The notes under the pieces: generated by a model | Told to the model about the DNA's origin: nothing | The model's database searches: none | Seen by the model: only the letters and a program-made list of their open reading frames with translations | In this document: positions 44,960 through 52,731 of the stretch, one piece after another | Numbering within the stretch: position 1 is the first letter of the stretch | Layout: every line of letters starts with the position of its first letter | Assembly: GCA_963707985.1 (NCBI GenBank) | Contig: CAVPRW010000034.1 | Location: forward strand, 32,001 to 96,000 | Origin: an uncultured Nitrospinota bacterium | Lineage (GTDB): Bacteria > Tectomicrobia > Entotheonellia > J063 > CAVPRW01 | Length of the DNA stretch: 64,000 bases | Direction of reading: 5' to 3' | Made by a program: the position numbers and the translations under genes

Positions 44960-45280
44960 ATGCGGCAGTGGATGGTATGGTTCGGGGCAGCTGTGAGCGT
45001 CATGGGGCTTCTCATGCTCATCGGCTGTGCGGCCACGTCGAGTCGGGAGAGTATCGGCGAATCGAGTGAGGACGCCGACATTACCGCTAGGGTGCAATCG
45101 AGCTTCACAGCTGACCCACTGGTGAGTGCCTCAGCCATCGGCGTTCAGACCACTCAGGGTGTGGTCCACTTGAGCGGCACCGTCAAGAGCGAACAGGAGC
45201 GGTACCGTGCCATCCAGTTGGTTCAGGGCGTGGCCGGGGTGAAGGAGATTATCGTCCGTAATCTGTTCGTGCAACGATAG
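44960..45280 (+). CDS. BON-domain lipoprotein
   Basis: Lipobox LIGC; DADITARV, GVVHLSGTV, VAGVKEI. Confidence 0.88.
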   Translation: MRQWMVWFGAAVSVMGLLMLIGCAATSSRESIGESSEDADITARVQSSFTADPLVSASAIGVQTTQGVVHLSGTVKSEQERYRAIQLVQGVAGVKEIIVRNLFVQR

Positions 45281-45337
45281 CCCAGTGCCCCACTATGCGA
45301 ACTGGGCCCTATCTACGACAGCCGCGAACGACCAGAG

Positions 45338-45413
45338 TTGCTCCTCCTCAAAGGCATCCTTGTCCTGTTGGAGATTACTGCCCATGAGGAACTCACCAGC
45401 GGGGATGAGGCAT
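45338..45413 (-). pseudogene. Frameshifted, truncated FGE-sulfatase (SUMF1/EgtB/PvdO-like) domain start
   Basis: After TIR-gene codons FEPEM, shifted frame reads LIPAGEFLMGSNLQQDKDAFEEEQ, then similarity ends. Confidence 0.75.
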
Positions 45414-45986
45414 CTCAGGCTCGAAGGCTAAGCGGACAACGCTGCCCTGCTCGCGGGGCTGTGGGGATGTCAGTGCTGTACGTGCACCGGCCATATCGCC
45501 CTGCTCATCCGCGGCAGGCTTTACACCCCCTAACACCTTGTCCAGGACCTCGATTAACCGATCCACGTCATAGTGGAATCGCCTATCGCTAATCTCGTGG
45601 GCATGGCGCCGTGCCAACAGCTTCAGCACGTCCGGCAGGTCTGGGGAGCGTGGCATGTATGCGCCTTGAACCAGCGCGGGGATGACCCGAATATTGCGGG
45701 CAAGCGCCGCCGCAATTTCCAGCCGAACGAAGTCCTCTGGGTTATCGAGCCGCCGCCGTCTAGCATCATCGGTGATCGTCGGCCATTGTTTGCCAATCAG
45801 TGCGATCAGGGCATCGCACGAGCCCACAGCCTGCTCAATCACCTCGACGAAGTCGAGGCCGGGCTCAATCGTATCGATGTCCATAAAGACGTTGTCCCGA
45901 CCAAAATGTTGGCTGAGGCGGTCATAGAGCCGTCCAGCCCATCCCCCACTATCGTCCCGTCGATAGCTGATGAAGATCCTTGCCAC
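45393..45986 (-). CDS. TIR-domain protein (TIR_2-like), C-terminally truncated
   Basis: IFISYRRDDS, VFMD, IEPGLDF, DFVRLEI (conserved Glu), RVIPALV; SD AAGGAG before GTG 45986. Confidence 0.88.
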   Translation of the reverse strand: MARIFISYRRDDSGGWAGRLYDRLSQHFGRDNVFMDIDTIEPGLDFVEVIEQAVGSCDALIALIGKQWPTITDDARRRRLDNPEDFVRLEIAAALARNIRVIPALVQGAYMPRSPDLPDVLKLLARRHAHEISDRRFHYDVDRLIEVLDKVLGGVKPAADEQGDMAGARTALTSPQPREQGSVVRLAFEPEMPHPRW

Positions 45987-46297
45987 AGTATACTCCTTCC
46001 CCTGGGGCAAGGAGCGAAGGGACACCCACAGTTCGGGACAAGGGCAGCCTGCCCACTCGTGGGTACACCTATTGCTCACCCCTGGTGCAATCTGGCGCTG
46101 CTCCGGCGGCTAGGAGAGCACATGTCAAGTTGGCCGCAATTCTAGCAGACACACGCACTCGGGAGCAATAACGGGTTAAGGAGCACCCGTCGCGAGGCTC
46201 CAGCAGTGAGGCTCTGGTGATGCCTACCAAGTCTTCCGTATTAGGCGGTGTGATTTAGAACAAAGTCGTGGAAGGCGAGAGCCCATGCGCTGGCGTG

Positions 46298-48511
46298 TCA
46301 GGCCATAGCCTGTCGTAAACGCGCCGCGTCGTAACCAAAGGGTACGAATAACTCCAAGGCCGCGTCGAGCAGCATGGCCTGATACTGTGCCACATCGAAT
46401 CCATCATCCGGTCCCAGGCGCGGGAAGGCCCGCACCCGCTCCTCTTTGTTGGAGGCTCTGGCGTCGCGAATCAGATAGCGCACCCGCTCGCCCGGATGGA
46501 GATGGATGCCCACCGCATGCAACTGCCGTAAGGCCTGTACCGTGGCGTTTGCCACGCGATAGGCCTCCAACTCCTGCCCGACGGTCTTGGCGACCAGGAG
46601 TTGAAGTGCTGGAATATGCCCGGTCGCCAGTTGTTCCCAGGTATCTCGCAACACCTCCAGGGCTCTCGGCACGTGGACGGCGCAGTCGTCAAGGCTCTCA
46701 GCCTCGGCCAGTACCTCCAACATCGCCCATTGTGTCGCCTGGATGAACACCGGAACATCATGACGTCGGTAAGCTAGGCCACGCGCTTTCAGCGTCCCGT
46801 CCCAGAAAACGCCGAAGTAGCGATTGGCTACCGCAAGATGCGGCCGTACCTTGGAGGGGAGAAAGACAAGCCAGCGATAGCGCCCTTCCAGGCTCATGGT
46901 GACGCCAGTGGCCGTGCTGATCTCGTCGCACAGCGCCAGCAGTGCCTCCTCCGTCAAGCCCAATTGGCGAATCCACACGGAATCGGTGAGTGCGTGCAGC
47001 AGCTCATAACCGTGTGCTTCGCAGATCTCCTTGGCCTGCAGCAGCTTCTCCCGACCGAAGGCGGTCACGGCCTCATGGCTTTCAATCCGTCCGAAACGGG
47101 CATTGCGATAGCCGAGATAGCCAAAACACGTCACTCCAATCCATTTATGGGCGCGTTGGCGCTGGTCATAGAGCGCTGCTGCCTCAGGGGTGATGCCGCC
47201 CTCTTTCAGGCAGGTTTTGTAATAGGCCCGGCGCTTGATGAGCGGATCGAGCATAGTCGCCATTAACCCTTCGTACCGTTCGCAAATCGTGTAACCCGCC
47301 TCCGGGACTGCGTGGTTGTCGCAGCAACCGCAGAAGAGCGTTTCGGCGGAGATGTTGTGCTGGACCATGATGGTGGGGTACATGGCTGAAAAATCCAGCT
47401 CCGCGACATGCTCGAAAGCCCCCACTGGCGGTTGGAACACTAGCCCGCCTTTGTCGACCTTGAGGAGGACGTCGGCGGTCTTCCAGCGCTCGGGCTCCCC
47501 CTTGCGCCAGGGGATGAGGAGACGCCGCCGCACGGCCACATCGAGTTGCATCGAGGTGAGGATGGTGCCGATCGATGCCCGAGCGGTGCGTTGGACAGGG
47601 AGCCTGGCGAGGCGCGCCAGCTCGATGATGCCGGCAAAACCGGTTTCGTGATAGAGAAATGAGTGGGCACGATCGATGTGCCAGCGCCCATAGAGCGGAT
47701 ATGCTGGCGGAAAGTACAACATTTTGCCATAGGTGAAAAATGACTGGCCTGCGGTGACGAGGCGGCGTTCGACGGGAGTTGGTTCGCGATCGAGTGTCAA
47801 AGGCATTCGATGCTGGCGGGCCAGGCGGAGTAATGCCGGGAAGATCGTCGTATCGCCATAATCGGTAAGGATGAGATCCGGATCATAACGGGTGAGAAAC
47901 GCGTTGAGCTGATCGAGTAACTCCGCGGGGTCATTCGTGGTGCATTCGTAACGTTGGCCGTCGAGGGTGACCTGTAGTGTGTTACCGCGCTGGAGCGGGA
48001 TCAGCGGGTCCTGGGTAAGCTGCAGTTCCAGAATGCGCAGTGATGGGATGACGTAGTGCCGCTCCATGATCGACTCGCGCCCCCAAATGTGCGTAATGAT
48101 CTGCCCATCATGCTCGACCTCGCACTGGCCGAAGGGAAAGAGCTGGCGGCAGTACAGATAATATTGCGGCAGCGGCAGGTCACAATTGTAGAAGGTGAGA
48201 CGGGATTCGAACTCCGGTAAGCGTCGCAGCAACCGTGGGAACATCTGATAATCTGTGACCTCGAGCGCCAGGACCGTCACCAGCTCCCGACTCCAGAATT
48301 CTTGCTGCTTCGTCAATATGCAGCGGCTGCAGACTCGTGTCCGCAGTGTGGCACGTGCCAGAGCTTGCAGGTCATCCGATTGTCCGCGTGCATACAGCCG
48401 TGGGCGAAATGGGTCCTCGAGGCGCAGGAGCGTGCCATCTTCCTGATACAACCACACGACCATCGTCGTTTGTGCCGGATAGACGTCGAACAGCCAGCCC
48501 TGGCTGTGCAT
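46298..48511 (-). CDS. Family B DNA polymerase, PolB2-like (degenerate exonuclease, variant motif C)
   Basis: KGGLVFQP, motif A LDFSAMYPTIM..NIS, motif B QRAHKWIGVTCFGYLGY, motif C HALTDSVW, NRYFG, LKARG; start 48511 (737 aa) or 48616. Confidence 0.9.
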   Translation of the reverse strand: MHSQGWLFDVYPAQTTMVVWLYQEDGTLLRLEDPFRPRLYARGQSDDLQALARATLRTRVCSRCILTKQQEFWSRELVTVLALEVTDYQMFPRLLRRLPEFESRLTFYNCDLPLPQYYLYCRQLFPFGQCEVEHDGQIITHIWGRESIMERHYVIPSLRILELQLTQDPLIPLQRGNTLQVTLDGQRYECTTNDPAELLDQLNAFLTRYDPDLILTDYGDTTIFPALLRLARQHRMPLTLDREPTPVERRLVTAGQSFFTYGKMLYFPPAYPLYGRWHIDRAHSFLYHETGFAGIIELARLARLPVQRTARASIGTILTSMQLDVAVRRRLLIPWRKGEPERWKTADVLLKVDKGGLVFQPPVGAFEHVAELDFSAMYPTIMVQHNISAETLFCGCCDNHAVPEAGYTICERYEGLMATMLDPLIKRRAYYKTCLKEGGITPEAAALYDQRQRAHKWIGVTCFGYLGYRNARFGRIESHEAVTAFGREKLLQAKEICEAHGYELLHALTDSVWIRQLGLTEEALLALCDEISTATGVTMSLEGRYRWLVFLPSKVRPHLAVANRYFGVFWDGTLKARGLAYRRHDVPVFIQATQWAMLEVLAEAESLDDCAVHVPRALEVLRDTWEQLATGHIPALQLLVAKTVGQELEAYRVANATVQALRQLHAVGIHLHPGERVRYLIRDARASNKEERVRAFPRLGPDDGFDVAQYQAMLLDAALELFVPFGYDAARLRQAMA

Positions 48512-48599
48512 GCCTAGAGGCCGCTCCCTTGACGGCCCATGCCGGGGACTCGTGTGCGCCGGTCCGCATCCCTCTGTACCGCTGGAAGCTCCAATGATG

Positions 48600-49037
48600 T
48601 CATTCGTGGGAGCCATCCTCAACCGCCTGCCCGCCTTCTCCCGTCTGGAACAGCGCCTGGTAGGGGAGTGTCCCTTGGGACGCTTCGTCCCCCTGGTTCT
48701 TGTTCCGGGGAGTGCGGAGGCGTTCGACCGCGCCTGGCAGTGCCGGTGGCTCCCGTGGTCTGTCAAGGACGGGAGGGAGGGTGTTCTGACCGAAGGCTTC
48801 GATCTGGGTGAGCAAGCGTTCGAGCTGTTTGTGATGCTCCAGCAGCATGGCCATGACGAGGACCTCGAAGGGCCATGGACGTGAGAGATACACCCCAGCT
48901 TGGACGTGGAGTTTGGCACAGTCGAAGAGACGATCAAAGGCGGCCTGATCATCCTTACGCAGCGCACGTCTAAATGGTGCCCAGGCACGACGTTCGTACT
49001 CGATGAGCTGGCTGAAGGGTGGAAGGGTTCGACCCAT
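48600..49037 (-). CDS. Small helical protein, putative PolB2 partner
   Basis: MGRTLPPF..W..FRRALRKDDQAAFDRLF..PFEVLVMAMLLEHHK; SD GGAGGT; sits between RadA-like and polB genes. Confidence 0.75.
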   Translation of the reverse strand: MGRTLPPFSQLIEYERRAWAPFRRALRKDDQAAFDRLFDCAKLHVQAGVYLSRPWPFEVLVMAMLLEHHKQLERLLTQIEAFGQNTLPPVLDRPREPPALPGAVERLRTPRNKNQGDEASQGTLPYQALFQTGEGGQAVEDGSHE

Positions 49038-49043
49038 CACATC

Positions 49044-49730
49044 TTACCTCCGACTGTCGGAACGTTGCATGATGAGAGACGCTGATGACTGACGTGAGTG
49101 CCTCGGCTTGACAAGCTGTACGTGACGGCGTCCCTCTACGGTGGACACGCGAATGCCCAACTCAACGGCTTTCACCAACTCGCGGGCGAACAAGGTCCGG
49201 CGTGTCCGATAGCTGTCGAGGGCCTGTGCCATGAGGAGCAGGGGGCCATGTATGCAGAGGGTTTCAATCTTTCTGAGCACGCGCTGGAAGAGGAGAAAGG
49301 CATCTTTGAACGGCACATTCTCATCAAAAAACGTCGTGCAGGGGCCCAGCAGGATGATGAGACCCACAGACTGTGAGGCCAAGAGGGGATCGAGTCGTTC
49401 GCAGAGCAAGGTGGCGACCTGATGGCAGGTGAACGCGCGGGCGATGTAGATGTGTCGCAGCCAGCGCTCAGGGGGCACCCGGCGCGCTTGTGCATCGGCG
49501 GCGATGGTGGTCACATCGAAGGCCATCGCCCCATCGATGATGGCCACGGCGAGCCCACGGTTGACGGCGGCAGCCGCCGTGCGTACGGCGATACGGGCGA
49601 CACCGGCATCACCCCAAAGTAGAGCGGAGCGCGCCTGCGGCGGTGGCGGTGGGACGGGGTGGATGGCAAGGAACGAGGGCAAAGCGGCCGGCTGGGGAGG
49701 GGCCATCGGCCGTGTAGCATGGGTTGTCAT
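49044..49730 (-). CDS. Catalytically degenerate RadA/Rad51-like protein
   Basis: VAIIDG..FD and LRHIYIARAFTCHQ match the RadA/Rad51 core; Walker A (WGDAGVAR) and Walker B (LIILLG) have lost Lys-Thr and Asp; start estimated. Confidence 0.72.
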   Translation of the reverse strand: MTTHATRPMAPPQPAALPSFLAIHPVPPPPPQARSALLWGDAGVARIAVRTAAAAVNRGLAVAIIDGAMAFDVTTIAADAQARRVPPERWLRHIYIARAFTCHQVATLLCERLDPLLASQSVGLIILLGPCTTFFDENVPFKDAFLLFQRVLRKIETLCIHGPLLLMAQALDSYRTRRTLFARELVKAVELGIRVSTVEGRRHVQLVKPRHSRQSSASLIMQRSDSRR

Positions 49731-49816
49731 GCGGTGATTTCCCTCTGCATAGGACCTTCTAGACGCATCGCTGTCGACGTATGAGGTAGGGCAACCTTTG
49801 AGGATGCCCACCCGAC

Positions 49817-50425
49817 TTATGCCGACAGCGGCCGAAACACGGCGATCACCTTACCTGCGATGCGGACATGCTGCTCGGGTCGGAGGCGGATCAGAGGATA
49901 CCCCTGTTGCTGGTTCTCCGGCTTCAGCCACAGACCAGTGCGGCGGTGCAGTACCGTTTTCACCGTGATCTCTTCATCGATGGCAACCACGCCGATGTCG
50001 CCGTGCTCAACCCAGGGCTGGGTGCGGACGATGACGTAATCCCCCTCGTAAATTTGCCGGTCAACCATACTGTCCCCCTTCACCAGCAGGGCAAAGAGGG
50101 TCGAGCGATCATCCAGTAGACGATCGATCTCTAGATACCCTTCGATGTTTTCGGTGGCGAGGATCGGCGTCCCAGCAGCCACACGTCCGATGATGGGGAG
50201 CCCGGTGGGCGGCAGGTGTTCTGCGGCTAAGCGCAGGCCATGATGACGTCGGGCCATGGTCAGCACGCCCTTGCGTTCCAGGGCCTGCACATGTTGGTAT
50301 GCCGTCCGCACCGTGACTCCTAGTTGTGCGGCGATGTCGCGGTAGCTGGGCGCCTGTCCTGTCCGTTGTAGCCGTTGCTGGATGTAGGCCAGCACCTGGG
50401 CTTGCTTGCTGGTCAACTCCTGCAT
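49817..50425 (-). CDS. lexA: LexA repressor
   Basis: N-terminal wHTH (LTSKQ..PSYRDIA..ALERKG), VAAG cleavage site, GDSM Ser, TVK Lys; SD GGAGGAGG. Confidence 0.94.
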   Translation of the reverse strand: MQELTSKQAQVLAYIQQRLQRTGQAPSYRDIAAQLGVTVRTAYQHVQALERKGVLTMARRHHGLRLAAEHLPPTGLPIIGRVAAGTPILATENIEGYLEIDRLLDDRSTLFALLVKGDSMVDRQIYEGDYVIVRTQPWVEHGDIGVVAIDEEITVKTVLHRRTGLWLKPENQQQGYPLIRLRPEQHVRIAGKVIAVFRPLSA

Positions 50426-50465
50426 GGTCGTTCTCCCTCCTCCACAACGTGGTGACCCTGCGACG

Positions 50466-50494
50466 ACTATATCAACATTTTGTTGATATAGCAA
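50466..50494 (-). promoter_or_regulatory. lexA promoter with overlapping perfect palindrome (candidate operator)
   Basis: TTGCTA-N17-TATAGT with TG extension; CTATATCAACA-TTT-TGTTGATATAG at 50467-50491 fills the spacer. Confidence 0.8.
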
Positions 50495-50738
50495 GCTATA
50501 CAACATCGGCGCCCGTAAAAACCTAATCGAGGGCGCTGACGATCATTGGCGCAGAAATGCACGTCACGCCTTTTGGCGGCAGCCGACGGCGCGCGACAGA
50601 GGTGCACAACTGCATCGCCGGATACTGATCCAGCGTCGAGATGCACGCGGAGATGGCGGGACAGCGGGTGGATGATAAGGTCGAGGCGATGAAGGCTTAG
50701 AGGAACGTCTCAGATGTCGCGTGTATGGCAGGCACCCC

Positions 50739-52097
50739 CTAGCTGACCTCCTCGCCCGTCTGAAGAGCGCCGCTCACGGCGAGTCCGGACGCAACGCTGG
50801 TGAAGAGGTCGGATTCCTGGAGCTTTGCCCTCGGCAGGACGTCGCTCAGCATGTGTCGAAAGACCGGGATGCGGGAGGAGCCTCCGGTAGTGAGCACTTG
50901 GTCGATCTCCTCCGGGGCCAAGCCTGCCGCCGAGACCGCGAGCTCAACGCATCCACGTGCCGCATAGACCTGAGGGGCCACAGTCGCGTCAAAGACGGCG
51001 CGCGTGAGCGAATGATGTAAACGGAGGTCTGCGTTGACGAGGCGCATCTCCGTCTCGAGGTGGTCCGACAGGCTGACCTTGGCGCCTTCCACCGCCTGGA
51101 AGAACGCCACACCATAGTTCTTCTCGACCAGTGTTTCGAGCGCCGCCAGTTGCTCCGGCCGGTCGAACTCACGCTTGCATCGGCGGATCAGCTCCATATT
51201 CCGCGGCGTGTTCAGCTCAAGGATGGTCTGCCAGCTGCGGAGTCGAGTGAATAGATGGCGTGGCAGCGGCAGCCCGGTAGAGCGCTGGACGGCGCCATCG
51301 CCGAACAACGGCGTCAGCTGCGTCTCGACGATGCGGCTGTCCAGGAGGTCTCCGCCAATGGCCACCCCCTGTGTCGCGAGCGTCTGCACGCTGCCGCAGG
51401 AGACCCTAGCGACGCAAATGTCCAGCGTGCCACCACCAAAGTCGAAGACGAGGACGTGCCGGGCGTCTCCAAGATTGTGCCGAACGGCAAAGTGGCGGAT
51501 CGCGGCGACCGGTTCTTCGACGAAGTGCACGTCCGCGACCCCGGCAAGCCTCCAGGCTTCGCGCAGTCTCTGACGCGCCAGGGCGTCCGCTACGGGATGC
51601 TCAGAAAAGCACACTGGCCAGCCGACGGCAAGACTCGTAAAAGGTTGCCCGAGGGCCGCTTGAATCCTTGACAGCAGCTCTCGGGCGAGAAGGCTCAGGA
51701 GCTCTTCGATGGTGTAGTGCAGGCCGAAAACGTTGGTCGCTCGGAAGGACGACACCGGTAAGAAGCGTTTGAGCGACTGGAACAAGCGGCCGGGCTCACT
51801 CACGTCGATGAGCGCATACGCATCCTGCACCATTGTCCCGATCTCGGCGAATACCATCGTCACTTCGCCCACGCGCTGCATCTCATAGTGGACTGCTCGA
51901 CCGGTGTTCTGCTCCAGGTAGCGCGACAGGGCGTTCTGGCCGAACCAGACATCGCCCGACCGTTCGATATAGACGAGCGAACGCATCACACTTGGATCGG
52001 ACGCCGCGCGGTCCAGCGGGAGCAGGTGGATCGAGCGGCCGTCGTAGACCGCCGCACTCGAATTGGATGTGCCGAAATCAACGCCAACGCAGAGCAT
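50739..52097 (-). CDS. Hsp70-family ATPase without substrate-binding domain (YegD-like)
   Basis: GVDFGTSNS, EEPVAA, VFDFGGGTLD, GGDLLD, TGGSSRIP; about 452 aa. Confidence 0.88.
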   Translation of the reverse strand: MLCVGVDFGTSNSSAAVYDGRSIHLLPLDRAASDPSVMRSLVYIERSGDVWFGQNALSRYLEQNTGRAVHYEMQRVGEVTMVFAEIGTMVQDAYALIDVSEPGRLFQSLKRFLPVSSFRATNVFGLHYTIEELLSLLARELLSRIQAALGQPFTSLAVGWPVCFSEHPVADALARQRLREAWRLAGVADVHFVEEPVAAIRHFAVRHNLGDARHVLVFDFGGGTLDICVARVSCGSVQTLATQGVAIGGDLLDSRIVETQLTPLFGDGAVQRSTGLPLPRHLFTRLRSWQTILELNTPRNMELIRRCKREFDRPEQLAALETLVEKNYGVAFFQAVEGAKVSLSDHLETEMRLVNADLRLHHSLTRAVFDATVAPQVYAARGCVELAVSAAGLAPEEIDQVLTTGGSSRIPVFRHMLSDVLPRAKLQESDLFTSVASGLAVSGALQTGEEVS

Positions 52098-52169
52098 GAC
52101 TCCCCCAAAGGCACCAACCAGGGCCCGATGGAGGCAGCGGCATAGCGGCATCGAGTCCCTACCGTGCAG

Positions 52170-52544
52170 TTATTGGCCCAGCTTGCCAATCCGGAGGTCG
52201 AGAAGCTGGGCAATCACTTCGAGTAAGCGGTCTGGCACAAAGGGCTTGGACAGCAAGGGAACCCCAAGGCTCGTCGAGATATCGACCGTAGAGTCATCGG
52301 CAAAGGCTGAGAGCAGGATGATCTTCACGTGTGGATTGCCGCGTTTCAAGCGCGCGGCCAACTCTGTGCCCAGCAACGAGGGCATGCGGACATCGGAGAT
52401 GATCAAGTCGAAGGACTGACAGCAGCACAGGGTATAGCCCTCGCCGCCATCCGTGGTCCAGACACCTTCAATCCCTTTATCCGCCAGAACCTCGGTCAAA
52501 AACTCGCAGAAGGTCTGGTCGTCATCGATGATCAAAGCTCGCAT
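52170..52544 (-). CDS. Single-domain response regulator
   Basis: LIIDDD, DLIISDVRMP, LSA, SKPF. Confidence 0.9.
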   Translation of the reverse strand: MRALIIDDDQTFCEFLTEVLADKGIEGVWTTDGGEGYTLCCCQSFDLIISDVRMPSLLGTELAARLKRGNPHVKIILLSAFADDSTVDISTSLGVPLLSKPFVPDRLLEVIAQLLDLRIGKLGQ

Positions 52545-52579
52545 ACACGCCTCCATGTTTTCCTGCATGCTATCCTTCT

Positions 52580-52595
52580 AGCAAAAGGAATGCCT
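52580..52595 (-). promoter_or_regulatory. Sigma54 -24/-12 promoter
   Basis: AGGCAT-TCCTT-TTGCT (GG-N10-GC), about 35 nt upstream of receiver gene. Confidence 0.75.
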
Positions 52596-52690
52596 CGCGG
52601 AGAGGGCGCCCACCATCCAAGCGATGGGGCTCCTCAAGCACCTCATGCAGGACATCGATGCCGACCGGCTGTGGCGAAGTGGAGGACCAC

Positions 52691-52731
52691 TGGGGCATTT
52701 TGCCCCATTATGAGTGGCGCACCGGCACCAC
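52691..52731. promoter_or_regulatory. Candidate enhancer (UAS) pair for sigma54 activator
   Basis: Perfect TGGGGCA-TTT-TGCCCCA (52691-52707) and imperfect GTGGCGC-ACCG-GCACCAC (52714-52731), about 100-135 bp upstream of the -24 box. Confidence 0.55.

Noticed and set aside
45293..45986. Diversity-generating retroelement target (FGE-type C-lectin fold)
   Set aside because: No reverse transcriptase or template/variable repeat pair; the domain is truncated near its start
46298..48511. PolB as hallmark of a casposon, pipolin or prophage
   Set aside because: No Cas1, integrase, terminal repeats or phage genes nearby; motifs fit PolB2 and the context is lexA-regulated
48512..48988. N-terminal 159 aa of the 896-aa ORF-track polymerase
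   Set aside because: Low-complexity read-through overlapping the real small ORF; polymerase-like sequence starts at MHSQGWLFD
46298..50425. Canonical lexA-imuA-imuB-dnaE2 cassette or E. coli-type Pol II
   Set aside because: No Y-family or C-family polymerase motifs; Pol II keeps YGDTDS and exonuclease motifs, which are altered here
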